Positions 34,901 through 49,900 of a stretch of DNA of 64,000 bases are shown here, in pieces. This stretch comes from Haliotis cracherodii. Lineage: Eukaryota. The notes below the pieces were generated by a model. It did not search any database. It saw only the letters and a list, made by a program, of their open reading frames with translations, and had not been told where the DNA came from. The stretch is taken from positions 26,350,001-26,414,000 of the forward strand of contig NW_027266275.1 in the NCBI RefSeq assembly GCF_022045235.1, in the 5' to 3' direction. The number at the start of each line of letters is the position of its first letter. The stretch's first letter is position 1. Both the position numbers and the translations under genes were made by a program.

Positions 34901-37900
34901 AAGAAAGTATACACCCATGTTTGATGGTGGCTGAAGAAAGTATCCACCCATGTTTGATGGTGGCTAAAGAAAGTATCCACCTATGTTTGATGGTGGCTAA
35001 AGAAAGTATAAACCGATGTTTGATGGTGGCTAAAGAAAGTATCCACCCATGTTTGATGGTGGCTAAAGTAAGTATCCACCTATGTTTGATGGTGGCTAAA
35101 GAAAGTATACACCCATGTTTGATGGTGGCTTAAGAAAGTATACACCCATGTTTGATGGTGGCTGAAGAAAGTATCCACCCATGTTTGATGGTGGCTAAAG
35201 AAAGTATCCACCTATGTTTGATGGTGGCTAAAGAAAGTATAAACCGATGTTTGATGGTGGCTAAAGAAAGTATCCACCTATGTTTGATGGTGGCTAAAGT
35301 AAGTATCCACCTATGTTTGATGGTGGCTAAAGAAAGTATACACCCATGTTTGATGGTGGTTAAAGAAAGTATACACCGATGTTTGATGGTGGCTGAAGAA
35401 AGTATACACCTATGTTTGATGGTGGCTTAAAAAAGTATACACCTATGTTTGATGGTGGCTAAAGAAAGTGTACACCCATTTTTGATGGTGGCTGAAGAAA
35501 GTATACACCGTTGTTTGATCGTGGCTTAAGAAAGTATACAGACATGCCACAACAATAATACCGTCCACGCACCTAAACCCATGTCAGCTGTTTTGCCAAA
35601 TTGATTGGAGTATTTGTAGAAGTCATCTGATTTTTATCTTGACATGTCGTTTGCTTTGTCAGGGCCCCCGATAAACATACGGTTGTCCACACAGAGCTAG
35701 TTATCGGATAGGCAAATATTTACCATAGGACTTAACTACAGCCTTTTTCAACACGGATCTTGGGTTGTTTGCTTTTCTATTCTTTCAGTTAGAACATGTA
35801 TTCAAGGTATATCTGAGGGTAGATGAATTCGAAAAAGGCGAAGGTAGATACCCAAATATATCCATTATATATATTCTGATATGGATTTAAAGCATGTGCA
35901 TAATAGCATCACTTCCTCTATCTCGAGGACTTGGGTCATCTCGAAGTCAATCCGGGGCTCAGACAACGCCTGCATATATCAGCATCACTTCGTCTTTTCG
36001 AGGACTTCGGCCATCTCGATGGTATAAACTGAATGTTAAAAGCGTATCATTATAGAATATAATAGCTAAAATAGATAGAATTATCATTAAACCGCCCGCA
36101 TGTTATCAAAAATGAGCGGGCCTCTTTAACTTGACAATGCCCTCCTATTGCTTGACGACAGGCCATTATCACGCCCGTTGTTAGGTCACGTCGCATCCAA
36201 TAGTGATGTCATCTGTTTTGTTCTATGACGTTTCCATATTTTTAAAGTTGGTCAGTGACAGTTGTGTTGATTGCAGTATATGTTTCAAAACCTATATTGA
36301 ATCTGTTTTATTTGATAACAAAATCTATCCATTCTAGCAATAATAACGGTAACACTATTTTTCAGGGCATTATCATTTGCAGAAGCCCTCGGTTTTTTCA
36401 ACTGCCCTCTTTCGTCGGGCAGTTAATGAAATACCTCGGGCTTCTGCAAATGATAATGCCCTGTAAAATAGCGTTACCCTTATATCGCCTTCAGGTAAAT
36501 GTTTCTTTAAGAAACACCCTTTTAGCTATAATTACTTTTGTTTATGGTTAATTAACCTGAATTTATTTAATTGACGAAAAGGAGATTAATTTGAAACACC
36601 AATTTTCTATATCTCCGTACATAGAATAATTATTTACCAAAGTCGAATTATTACCAAACAATTAAACATTTCATTCGACCTATAAAAATCGACAAACGAA
36701 GTTAGGTTATAAATGTTTTGCAAATTCAACCAAACATTACACTGTGGTATAACCATCAACTGGAATAAAATTCCTGTGGTATTATTCTCAGTGTGTAGCA
36801 CAAAGGTTTTGCTTCTATATCTTGTAATAGCCGCCATTTACACCCACAAACAAGGGGTGTCGCTAAGCTGCTTACAGTACTCCCTTGACACGCAAGGGCA
36901 ATACATTGTAACTTACTCGCCAACAGCGGTGGCGAGAATATGCACTCTTCTTGGACACAGATCTTCGATTCTCCAGTGACTGTTACTGACCTTTGTCCTT
37001 ACTTATATAGACTGTCACACAGAGGTATCCTGACGTATACACGTTACAGTCAATGGTGGTTGGTTGTTCTGATATATGTTACAATCAATGGTTGCTGGTT
37101 GTTCTGATATATTTTTACAGTCAATGGGGGCTGGTTGTTCTGACATATGTTACAGTCAATGGAGGTTGTATGTCCTGATATATGTTAGTCAGTGGAGGTT
37201 GGTTGTTCTGATATATGTAACAGTCAGTGGAGGTTGGTTGTTCTAATATATGTTACAGTCAGTGGAGGCTGGTTGTTCTGATATATGTGACAGTCAGTGG
37301 AGGCTGGTTGTTCCAATATATGTTACAGTCAATGGAGGTTGGTTGTTCTGATATATGTTACAGTCAGTGGAGGCTGGTTGTTCTGATATAAATGTTACAG
37401 TCAGTGGTGGTTGAGTGTTCTGATATATGTTACAGTCAGTGGAGGTTGGTTGTCCTGTTAGAAGGTTGCCAGAGTGATGCGAACATTGTTCTCGTTGTGT
37501 TTTGTATGTTGTAGAAATTAAATTATTTGTCCTGTTTGTATATATCCGAAACGCGGAGCCTCAAAAGCGTATTATCGCTTTGCCTCTTATCCAAAATATT
37601 CTGACAAATATATCATATCAATGTATGGAACCTTCAATTTGATGTTTACGGGTTGTCATTGATCTTGTAGCATGGTTAGGTATCACACAGTTTATTTGAC
37701 ACTGTCAATCATACTTGAATATAGATTAACTAGCACTAATATTAATGTATTCAAAAGTGTATGTTGATATGTCTGTATCGTCATATGAAATATAGACATA
37801 AGTTCTACCAATATGTATTTGTAATTAACATCGATTTACACATAAAACCAGCATCGACCTTCAAGATACGCTATAGAAATAGCTTCCCTATAACAAAACA

Positions 37901-40900
37901 AACATCGATTTATATTTTTTCAAACAAGAATATGTTTACGATTTCCCTGTGGACGTGAGGGTCAATAAGACAAGGCGCGGTGTAAACAGCTGCATTTTCT
38001 CACCCGCAGAGAGAGAGCCAGTCAACTCACTTGAGTTAACCACCCATGCTAGAGTGCTGTCAACTACGTTACGGACGGTATCGCCAATATCACCATCGCT
38101 GATTTCCTTACTTTGATTGGCGTGTTGCGGCTATATGTAATGTGTTGGATCTTTAATCGTTTTGTTTAGTTTTTGGCGGATGGCATGATAAAGGCGAAAA
38201 ATCAAATATGAATTTTCATTTCTTATTTTTGTATATTCTGAAATACCGCGGAGTATGTCATACTTAATATTAGATGAAATCTTGCATATTTTGGGAAGGG
38301 TACAAATTATCAAATGAACTGATAACTGATTTCAAGCTGAATGCTTCTTTCATTCCTTTGAGGAAGATATTCGTTAGTGACAGTTTCGGGTATTTGTAGT
38401 AAGATGAGAATGTTTTGGCTTCAATAAAACATTCATTTGTGTGATATCCACTCACTAGTAGTAGTTTCTTTAAAACTTTTGTGACAAGAGCAGTGGGGCG
38501 GTCGGGTAGCCTAGTGGTTAAAGAGTTAGTTCGTCACGCTGAAGATCCGGGTTTGATTCCCGACATGGGTACAATGTGTGAAGCCCATGTCTGGTGTACC
38601 CCGCCGTGATATTGCTGGGATATTGCGGCGTAAAAGCGGCGTAAAACTATACTCACCCGCTCACAATAGCAGTGTCGATTTGAAAAGAACATGCTTCGTA
38701 TCTGGTATGATATTTTTTATCAAAGGTCGTTAGTCAGAAGTTAAAAAGTCATTGGTGACTAAGGATCAAAGTGTTTTTGTATTATCATTGAATTAATTTG
38801 CTCTTCAGAACGCTTGAAAGAAACTCTTTAACTAATGGACCTTAATCTTAAACGGACCTTACAATGAATGTAACACTTTTATGATACTAGTATATAATTA
38901 TCAGCTCATGTCCTTAAATACTCGCTTGAAACAAATCGGTGATTTATTGTGAGACTGTTGACCATAAAAATAACGTCACTGGTATTGCTCTTACGTTAAC
39001 CATTGAACCCTCAGTCGTCAAGCGAAGTGACGAGAAGTTCCCGGTGTAACGAACTGGAGCTTATATAAATCAGGTAACCCTTCCCTGACGCATAGAGACA
39101 CAGAACGGTGGCAATAATAAGTCAATAACGGCGTCTCCTATATCTGGACCTAACCTAATGGAATACAGTTTGAGAGACTTGGTTCTCGGGCAACCACAAA
39201 GCCCACCATTATCCGAACCCAGTAGAGCTCACACAAGCACACTCGGAGGACATCGGATTTACCTATCGGAAGAGTACCCTCAAAGGATTAAGGCCTCGTC
39301 AACATGGCGTAACAAAATAGAATTCCATGCTCCGTTTTTAACACTGGGGATTACAAGAGGGCTGGCAAGATGATCAATTTTTACGACTGCATTATACACC
39401 GGTTTCATGACATTGCGTGAACAACAGTGTTGTTAAGTTAGATAACCTGGTTGGTTGGTAAAGGGTTCCGATATGAAGTGTAAAGTAATATTGAGTGCTC
39501 ACACTGTTACTCAATTAAGATTTGACATCAATCATTTTGGATCAATTATTCGAGTGTCTGTTTCAATTACACGGCGGCAGAAATATTTGATCTTCTATTA
39601 CTTTGCTATCGTCAATGATATTTTCAAATGAATACCAGTTGATTCAACGTGGAGAAATAATTGACTGAGGGTTTAGTAGAACCATATTGCAGGATCACGG
39701 CATTCTGAACCACAAAAACATATTTGGTTTTATGATTCCAGGCTGCAAATATACGATCGATTATTTTCTACCCACTTGTACGTCATAACAGGGGATGTTG
39801 GGTAGCCTAGTGGTTAAAGCGTTCGCTCGTCACGGCGAAGACCCGGGTTCGATTCCCGACATGGGTACAATGTGTGAAACCCATTTCTGGTGTTTCTCTC
39901 TGTGATATTGCTGGAATATGGCCAAAAGTGGCGTAAAACAATACTCACTCATAATATCAATGGTCATCTTAAGCAATACAACAGATATATAGCTAGTACA
40001 GTAGTTCGTTATATCCGATTTTACATGGGCAGTACTTGGAGTGTACAAAATGCACCGTTATAGTCGATTATTCGTCTTATTTGACTTCTGTTTATCCGGA
40101 GTTGATTATCTTCAAGGATATTGTTATATTCGACATATTCGGTTAAAGTGAATGAGTCAATATGGTTGTATGTATGTTTTAGCACATTCCATATATTACG
40201 ACGGGGGACACCAGACATGTACCCACATTGGAAATTGAACCAGGGTTTTCAGGAGTGACGGGTGAACTATTTAACTGCTGGGCCATCACACCGCCCTTGC
40301 AATAACCCCGACACGGGAGACGTATAGCGCCAAATCTGAATAAAACACAATACCTTAATTGCTATCGTTTAATATACTCTCGTTGATTGTAAGCTGTAAA
40401 CAGTTTGAAGCGTATGGATTTAGTTGAAGTGGCACATTCAAGGTAATTGCACTTATATAGTAACGACGTACATGCACGTCATGATACTGACTCCGAGCCG
40501 TGAGGATTCCGGTTTAGAATAGGTCTTCAGCAACCCATGCTTGCCGTAAAAGGTGACTATGCTTGTCGTAAAAGGCGACTAACGGGATCGGGTGGTCAGG
40601 CTCGCCGACTTGGTTGATGCATGTCATCGATCCCAATGGAGTGCGGCGTAAAACAACGAACCAACCAACCAACCGATCAGCCCGTGTTTCATCCCCGTAA
40701 TGACGGAAGGCAGGCAGGGTATCATCGTGGTACTATCTTTAACGTCTGTTGGTATGATGCAGCCGGGGACCCAACCACAGACCTTCAACATTCCTGGAAG
40801 ACGCTTTATCCACTAGACCACGGAGGCGTGCCTAGACCATGGCGTCCAGTATACGTTAAGGAGAAGAATACCAATTTTATGTCTGTTTCAAAATAGAGAA

Positions 40901-43900
40901 TTACATAAAACCAGGCACGTGTCTCCACATAAACGGGAAACAAATGATTAAACTTGGATTCCTCGTCGAAATTAAATTCCTCTTCAAATCATGAATTCAA
41001 AATTACGTTTTTCCGAGAAATGTAGATGGCACTATACTATCAGATTTGAAAAGAATAAAGGTCACTGTCTTGTATTGGTTTGACCTAAACCTTTAGGGCC
41101 CACCACTAGAACGTTCTATAGCCCTGAACTGAACAAATCGTGTCACGACTACCTGCCAATCAAATGCCATGTCATCATGATGATGAATAACGTAGTGACT
41201 GTCAGTGTATACATAAATCTTACATAGATCTCGTGATTAGCCAGTTACACCACTAGGGCCACACTAGATGTCGTGATAAGCCAGTTACACCACTAGGACC
41301 ACACTAGATGTCGTGATCAGCCAGTTACACCACTAGGGCCACACTAGATGGCGTGATCAGCCAGTTACACCACTAGGGCCACACTAGATGTCGTGATCAG
41401 CCAGTAACACCACTAGGACCACACTAGATGTCGTGATAAGCCAGTTACGCCACTAGGGCCACACTAGATGTCGTGATCAGCCAGTTACACCACTAGGGCC
41501 ACACTAGATGTCTTGATCAGCCAGTTACACCACTAGGACCACACTAGATGTCGTGATCAGCCAGTTACACCACTAGGGCCACACTAGATGTCGTGATCAG
41601 CCAGTTACACCACTAGGACCACACTAGATGTCGTGATCATCCAGTTACACCACTAGGACCACACTAGATGTCGTGATCATCCAGTTACACCAATAGGGCC
41701 ACACTAGATGTCGTGATCAGCCAGTTACACCACTAGGGCCACACTAGATGTCGTGATCAGCCAGTTACACCATTAGGGACACACTAGATGTCGTGATCAG
41801 CCAGTTACACCACTAGGACCACACTAGATGTCGTGATCAGCCAGTTACACCACTAGGACCACACTAGATGTCGTGATAAGCCAGTTACACCACTAGGGCC
41901 ACACTAGATGTCGTGATCAGCCAGTTACACCACTAGGACCACACTAGATGTCGTGATCAGCCAGTAACACCACTAGGACAACACTAGATGTCGTGATCAG
42001 CCAGTTACACCACTAGGGCCACACTTTATGTCGTACTTCCGCCAGCTAGTGATCATCTGTAGTATACTAGACAAGCGTTACACTACATGTCGTAGTTCAA
42101 CCAGCCAACGACCATATGTAATATACTACACAAAGGTCACGCTAGATGTCGTACTCCTATGAACCAATGACAGACTGTAATGTACGACACGAGGACCACA
42201 CTAGAGATGTCCGTCACATCTCCACCCCATCTGTAGCAGCAGGATTATGTAGATCTGTAGACGGGGAGAAGTCAAGTACTCTTGTCACGGGCGCCCTCGT
42301 TACTGGGTGACTACAGGGAGGGTGAAGCGTAATACGCTGTGTATCTCCCGCTGTTGACTTCCTGCTGCTATACGGTCCTGTAGCATTGCACCAGTCTGTA
42401 CTATATGCGGTATATATGTGACATAGGGATATAATATTGTTTATGATGCCTCCTGATACTTGGTGCAGCATTGCTTTATTCCCTTTGTTAAATCTACTCA
42501 TGTACATGAGAAAGACGTTAAGCCTTTACGGGCCTGGCTTTATCCGTCCCTTCCGCATTCAAACACAGAGTGAGACGGTAGTGCTAGTACTTATCTTATA
42601 TCCTGTTAATCTGACTGAAGACGTCACTGGAATATACAAAAATGTATTTTCCTCTTTTGTTTGCTTTTTTTATAACCGCTACAAGTCCCAACCAAAAACC
42701 CAACCAATTCATACTACTTTCGTGTCTACTATCCAAATAATACGGAGAAGTCCACTTGCACGAAACGATCTCAGCACTACGATTACCGGAAGTCTCTGTT
42801 AGAGGATCGATCAGAACGACCATCTTAGCGCTACGATCGCTTTGTTCAAGTGTACCCAGACCCTTATTACAGGTTTAAATTGACCACGAGACCAACAGAT
42901 AATCCAGCTAGCTGATTGAAAGATTAAAACGTGTTTTTTTTATACCAACACATGAATAGTACATAGAGATCACGAGAACGGACGTCATACAAATTGAATA
43001 CTATTCTAGAGAGTCCTTCACAGTGGTGTGTACCGAGCACTTGATTGCTTCAGTAGCGTGTAGCGCCATATCATGGCTGAATCATTTGTTTACAGTTGCT
43101 AAGGAACTGGAAATCAGCTGACGATTAGGAGATTAAAGTCCTTGTCATACGTGCTGACCCTTGTCATGAAGAGCTGCTGGGCTGCTATGTGCCGCTGCCT
43201 AATCCGTTAGTACAAGCACATGATGACCTAGATGTGATGCGATAATCAGGGAAGAGGACAAATTATACTCGTTTTGTTGTGAGATAGGCGTCCTCTGAAG
43301 CCCTCACATCCTGTGCCGCACAATATGGTCCAGTTTAATAACACATCCAGTTTCCTACGGATTATCAGTCTTGATATAAAAAGCATTAACTCTTGTTAAC
43401 TCAAATCCGTTTACCATGCAATAAAAGTGTGCATTATTGTTTAACAAAGTCGGTTCGTGGTCCCTTGACAACCAGTCAACTGTCATCGTTTTCTAATTAT
43501 AAACAAAGCTGGATATAGCTCAGAGTATGTTCTAAATACCGTCAGTTGCCTGTAGATAACCTAGAATTCATTAGTACTCCATTGGAAAGAATTCCCTATG
43601 ATCCCATGTGTTGTAAGATCCGGGATCGGGTGGTCAGGATCGGTGACTTGCTTCATTGCTTCTTCGATGAAAGAAGGACAATTATCAGAAACATATTAAA
43701 AATAATGTTAAGTATTATTCATAAATCTAAATTTGCTAAGGTCGCAATTAATATGTCAACATCTTTCAAGTGTACACGTATCACGATGTTATTGCAATTA
43801 AAAGCGATTGTAAATTTTGAAATAGATTAAGGATTTAATGTAATTTCTATAAATAAGTCAACACGTTTGACCCCTAAATGTTCCTCTGGTCATCCTCCAC

Positions 43901-46900
43901 ATGTCAACTGACCCTTGATCCTAATGGTATATTTGAGAATTATCATCAACCCATTAGCAACTGATAATATAAGCTCATAACACCTCTAAAACGTGACTGT
44001 GTTACGTGATTAATATGATAGTTGTGTGTATCTCTACACATTTAATGCCAGAACTCTCTGAGTAATGCCCTATGTGTTCAAGTCATGCTGTTTGTTATAC
44101 AGGTTTATGAATAATAACTCCCAAGTCTCACTTCTAATCTGAAGTGCTTAGGCAATCATCTCACGTGGCCTCCCGGACAGAGGCGCCATCGATCTTACAC
44201 AGTTATACTGGATTAGCCGCCTCAGCTGGTGTGGCATTCCTGGTGAGAAAGGCCGCTGCTGTCTCATATAGGAATGTTAGTCAACTACCCTGAACGCTGT
44301 TATGAGATAAACTTGATGTGATGAATGGTAATCTGCAACGCACAACAAGCCATCGATTGTCAGCCAAATTAACATTGTGTAATAAGATTTGCAATGAATA
44401 CAACACAAAAACTGACCATTATATAAATCAATAATACGTTGTTGGAAGCGGGGGCGTTGGGGTAGCCTAGTGGTAAAAGCGTTCGCTCTTCACGACGGGT
44501 TTGATTCCCCACGTGGGTACAATGTGTGAATCCCATTTCTGGTGTCCCCCGCCGTGATGTTGATGGAATGTTGCTAAAAGCGGCGTCAAAACAGTACTTA
44601 CACACTGACGGTTTGAAGCGGATGTTTTCCATTATTTGTATATGCATGTGTAGAGATGTTAATGACATTTCTTCATTGACTTTCCATATGGTAGTCGAGA
44701 CTACCATCACAGATAGGTCTCTATTCAGATTCAGATTTGTTTTGTAAAATTTTGTAAAGACCGTCTCGCCCTCCGTTGATAGTGACTAGAACTCAAATCG
44801 TGCAGTGAATGAAGTGTAATGCTTGTTACCAGTATCTCTGTATGTCGGCTTAATGTTTGTGGAAAGTCCAAAAGTGACCAAGGTCGTGGAAGTCTAGTAC
44901 AAATATCCCTGTGCACGCGTGTGGTGATGAGATTAACCAAGGCATATAACCAGGATGGATCTTGGATTTAAACCAACGACCAGGCTATCCTGGCATCCAA
45001 GGAGTCACGGTGACCACTGGACCATCGGGTTCCCTACATCGACCTCATGGATCAAACCATCCCAAATACACATCATTATGTAACAATTTAAAATGTTACA
45101 CATGGTACACGTGATGCACTGGTTTCTTTGTTCCTCAGGAAGCAGAGCTAGCGTCGCTGACCGAGCTGAAGTTCCCCCAAGCCGTGCCTCCACTAGACTG
45201 TCTCGACCAGGCACACAGGCCAGGCTAGAAATAGATGAGGTAGGAGAAACGTCAAGATGATAGAAACTTACATGACATACTGTCTAAATGATATAATAGG
45301 TTTATTGAAAACACAAAATATGTATCGACATTACAAGGGACATCTGAAGTATATTCGATGGTGATGCATTTGATTCGGGTATAAGTGTTTTGGACTTTAC
45401 ATTTGCAGTGTTTCGGTGACTGTTTCCTGCCTTGTAACGTTTTGATAACGTTTGTAATGTTTTGGTCAAATTTAATTTTCAAGTGTATACTTTCTTTTAC
45501 CCAGCACTTTACATAGAGATTTGTGTTGTGTTAGTCAATGGCTGACAGACGGCTTTTAGGGACTATGTTAAATTCCTGTCTGGTCAGAAGAGTGAAACTG
45601 TGAAGATGTCTATATTAAAAGAAAGAGTGAGTTTATATCCAAACAAAGTGGACGTTCAATGACTTCAATCAAACCTGCTGGGACAGCCAATTAATCCAGA
45701 CTTGATCCTACTTTCGTTATAGGAAATATACATTTGGTTGTGATAACGACTGGTTCGCAAATCGCACGTAAGACCGTTCAAGCGACGAGGAGCTACATGT
45801 ACATTCGCTTATAAGCTCCATACTTGTCCTAGTATTAAGACAGATTTGAGCAAATCTAGATCCTTAGGTCCACTAACTATCACAAAGCCATTAACACTAC
45901 AACCCCTTGCCGGCGGGCTACAAGCCAGAACACCATCAAGCTAAAGATAACACATATTGTTATGTCTCCAGCTGGAGTCTTTGCTAAAGGAAAAGCTGAA
46001 AACCAACTACTATGAGGTCAGGAAGAGGTTCAAGGACAACGACCCCGAGGGCAAGGGCAACGTGTCAAGGTCAGGATCCAGTTCATATGTATAAATAATT
46101 TCCACACACACAATGATTTGAATATTTTTTATTTCATATAAAATGCACCTAGTCGACATTATAGTAGCATGTTTGGCATTTAGACAGACTTAAAGAAGAT
46201 ATTCGTTGATGTCATTCTGTGTGTGTAAAATGGACATTGGTTGATGGGTGCAGAGCTAGAGCTCCTTAACGTAGATACATGTCAAGATTCTATCTCCATC
46301 CATAACACCATGGATATATCCTTGTGGAGATAAATTTGGTCCGCAAACCTCTAAGGGCATTCAAGTACATTTGATTTCGAGCAGTTGAAGAAGTACACTT
46401 TCAAAATGTAATTTATTTTGCTACTTTTCAGAGAGGCTTTCTGTCGTATACTAATGCTGGTTCTCAACCGCCCAGTCAGCCAGTCTCAGTTCAACAGACT
46501 GAGTGAGAGGGTAGGCCTCAAGAACAAGAGCGTCGTCTCCTTCACGGAGTTCTTCAGCCACTTCAGAGAGGTGCCTGGGGAATCGGACTATCCTCAGTGG
46601 ATGGATCCCGTCAACAGGACAGACAGAGTCACCATGAGTGCTGCATCTGTCCACATGCATCTCAAGGAGAAGGCCAAGCAAAGGTACGGCCCTAGTAAAG
46701 AGGCGACAAAACCCTTTCCATATTCAAAAGAAATCTCAGCCAGAGCCGATTGTATGATTTAGACTATATCATGAGCATGTGTTTATTAATCACTATCAAA
46801 TGGTGATGCAGCTAGATGTTCGCGAAAAGGTGAGATACCCTGCCCCACAGTGGCACCCGTCACAAACACATGCAAAGGCAAATAAATTGTTCATCTGAAG

Positions 46901-49900
46901 AAAAACCTGAAATAGACAATTTTTTGCATTGCATCGGGCATTGCTTTGGTCGCTGATCCCCCACAACAGACTTTAGTTTAAATTTAGGTAAATAAAAACA
47001 ATCTGTTGTGCCCAGAGAACTTACCACCGATATCTAGTTCAGCTGTGATTACCTGTCCAATGTATCTTGCAATTTTTTGTTCCGCGACGATTGTTGAACT
47101 GATAACTTTACGAGAAGATCTACTGAAATAGATTCACATGTGTCAAGGCAACGAGTGTGTATAGCATTAGGATGCTGTCACCGGTTTCTTATATATAAAA
47201 TATATAATAATTGTTGTTTTAAAATTAGATTCGTAGATGAGTGTTGTGATAGCCTATAATAAACACGTCTAGCCCCCTTGGTGATGACATGTCCTACTTG
47301 AAGACTATGGCCTGCCAGCTGATGTCATAACCCTTGTTTACGTCCTAGATTCCTGGACGTTGCCGACATGTTCCCCCAGATGAACCCTGGCGGGTCTGGC
47401 CGCATCCTGAAGCCCGAGTTCAAGCAGCTGCTTAACAAGATGCTCTTCTTCATGGAGGATGACGAGTTTGATAAACTCTGGAACAGGTAATCGATCTCGC
47501 TGATTTTTTTAAAACTCTGCTTTACAGCGATGTGCGATGACGTCACTTATTGGTATGAGGTAAAATGCCCTATAAAAATCAAACACATTTGTCACATTTA
47601 CTGGATGATTTACCAAGGTACGGGCGTTGTACCTCACAAGTTAAGAGTTAACTCACAATAAATCTAAAACAATCCACATGCTTGCCAAAGGGATTACTTG
47701 GGATTAACCCTATCTCCTAGTCATTTGTCCGTCGCATTTCAAAAGCCTGAATGAGAGTGTAGCAGTAGATCATTCAGCACTATTACAGCTGTATCAAAGC
47801 GACATGTTACATTTCGAGTCTAAACCTACCATGAGTATGAGCAACGGTTCATGGTGAAAGATGACACACGACCAATCAGGTCACAGATAGATAGATATTC
47901 TTTATTTCTTCCAATTGAATGAAGATTACAATATGCAGATATATTTACACATGTTCGTAAACATACAAGTGTTTTAGCAGGTATCGCCATTTCCTTTTAA
48001 AGCGGATTACATTAATTATAACTTCTGCCCAAACATAATACATTCTATTGGACAACCACCAAATAAAAACGCAAGAATAACATCATCATCTTTTTCCCAG
48101 ATCTTAACAAAAACATTTACATCCGGGATATCACATATAGTGTGTTAAAAAGTAAATATAAACACGTGCTTAACAATATCTGATCCTCATTGAGCTAACT
48201 TCTGATCATCATTAGATACTGGGGATTGGAGTAATCACCGAGGTCATTGTCACATCAGTGTTTCAGTGTTGTGAGTAGGATTAACGCTGGTTTAAACAGA
48301 TGTCTGTTATACAAGGCGGGTTAAGTGTATTTTTAGTAGACGCTTTCCATGTTAGTGAAACTCACAGGTACTGCCCGATCAAGGTTCTTAATGGAGATCT
48401 TCATACACTACGTGTAACCGCGCGATTTATACTGGATGCAAATCTTATTTCACATGTTGTATAATCTGCATCTGCTAAGGAGCAGAGCATAGGGTTACAG
48501 TTCACAGTACCCTTAGGTATTCAGGGACGAATTTGAGATGCCGTGGGTATTGTTAAAGGGAGGCAATTTACCACTTGTGGTTTCTGACCCCAGGTATGAT
48601 TCTGAGGGCACGGGTGTGGTCCAGGGCGCCAAGTTCCTCAAGTCCCTGGGTATAGAGTGGAGGAACACTTCCTCGGAGGGGGTGAGGAAATCCCTGTCGC
48701 CGGTCAACGAGGAAGGAGGTGATTGTTTATCTTCATGGAGAATATTTATTATAGAGCGAAAATATTTTTTGTGAAAAATGCTTACACTATATTTTGACTA
48801 AAGATTTATGTGATATCGTTATAGATAAATGCACAGTATTAAAAATGAAAAATGACGCTAGATGTTTACATTTTCAGTTCGGCGTGAGGATTTTATCACA
48901 ATTAAATGTAAACGAAAACTTTCGATTTTTGACTTTTAGTTTAGTATCAAAAACATCGTTCACCTTCACACAAACAAAAAGCTTTGTGTAATAAATAACT
49001 TAAGTCGCTTATGGGTGGCGGGAAATGCCAAAGATGGCATGTTCCAGTGAGCCAGGTCTGGTCAACCGCCGATGACTGCAACTTCCAAGTGTTATTTCGA
49101 GAGTTTTCACTATCTTTGAACGTAAATATACAATGCTACCTGCTAGCTGATCATAGACATCTGCTGTTACCATGGTTACTGTAATAGGCAATGCCATTGC
49201 TTGATGACCAGTTTATTGTCTTCAAATGATAAGATTAGACAAGCGGTTTATCCGGTGTTTGGTTTAAAAGCATCCCCATCATGCACAATGCAACTCTATC
49301 AGCCGTGCCTGTACGTGCATGTTGTTCATAAAGTGGCGGCGGCCTTCCCATGGTATATCAGTTGGTATTAATGAACGTACACATGGCTTTAGTATTCGCT
49401 TCTTTTTCCCGTGAGATACCAAATGATGTAATTCTTTGCTTGAACCGGATTTATGTCTAATCCGGACTGCTCTCTAAACCAGACAAATCCTGGTCCCACG
49501 CAGGTGCGGTTTAGACAGATTTCACTGTATCAGTATACACTACACTTCAACAATAATTTCCCTACCCAAATCGGAATCCAGTCGCATTACGATCGCGATC
49601 TGTTCCTTATAAGACTGTGTTCTGGTCGCGAACGGATCGCAATCATAAGTCGCGAATTGATCACGATCGAGGGTTCGTTAGTTTTAATGCAGGTAGCATC
49701 TAGCCAATGCAAAATGACAATTCCATGACCTCTCTCAAGTACTATTTTCGATTGGCTCTCCTCTTTTCAAAAGGAAATCCGTAAGCCAACAATATTTGTT
49801 GAGTCATGTAAACAGTCCTTACATTGAAGCTTCACTTGTCCACCCTGTCCCAGATGGCGCCCCCGTCTCTGAGCGCCGCACCCCCCGGCGCAAGGAGCAG

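Noticed and set aside
33832-35430. CLMVAKESIH-repeat ORFs
   Set aside because: 33-bp intronic minisatellite with sporadic stops; not a gene.
41225-42035. Regular 40-bp array (also the 33-bp array at 61.3-61.7 kb) as a CRISPR array
   Set aside because: Units are contiguous with no unique spacers, there are no cas genes, and the context is eukaryotic.
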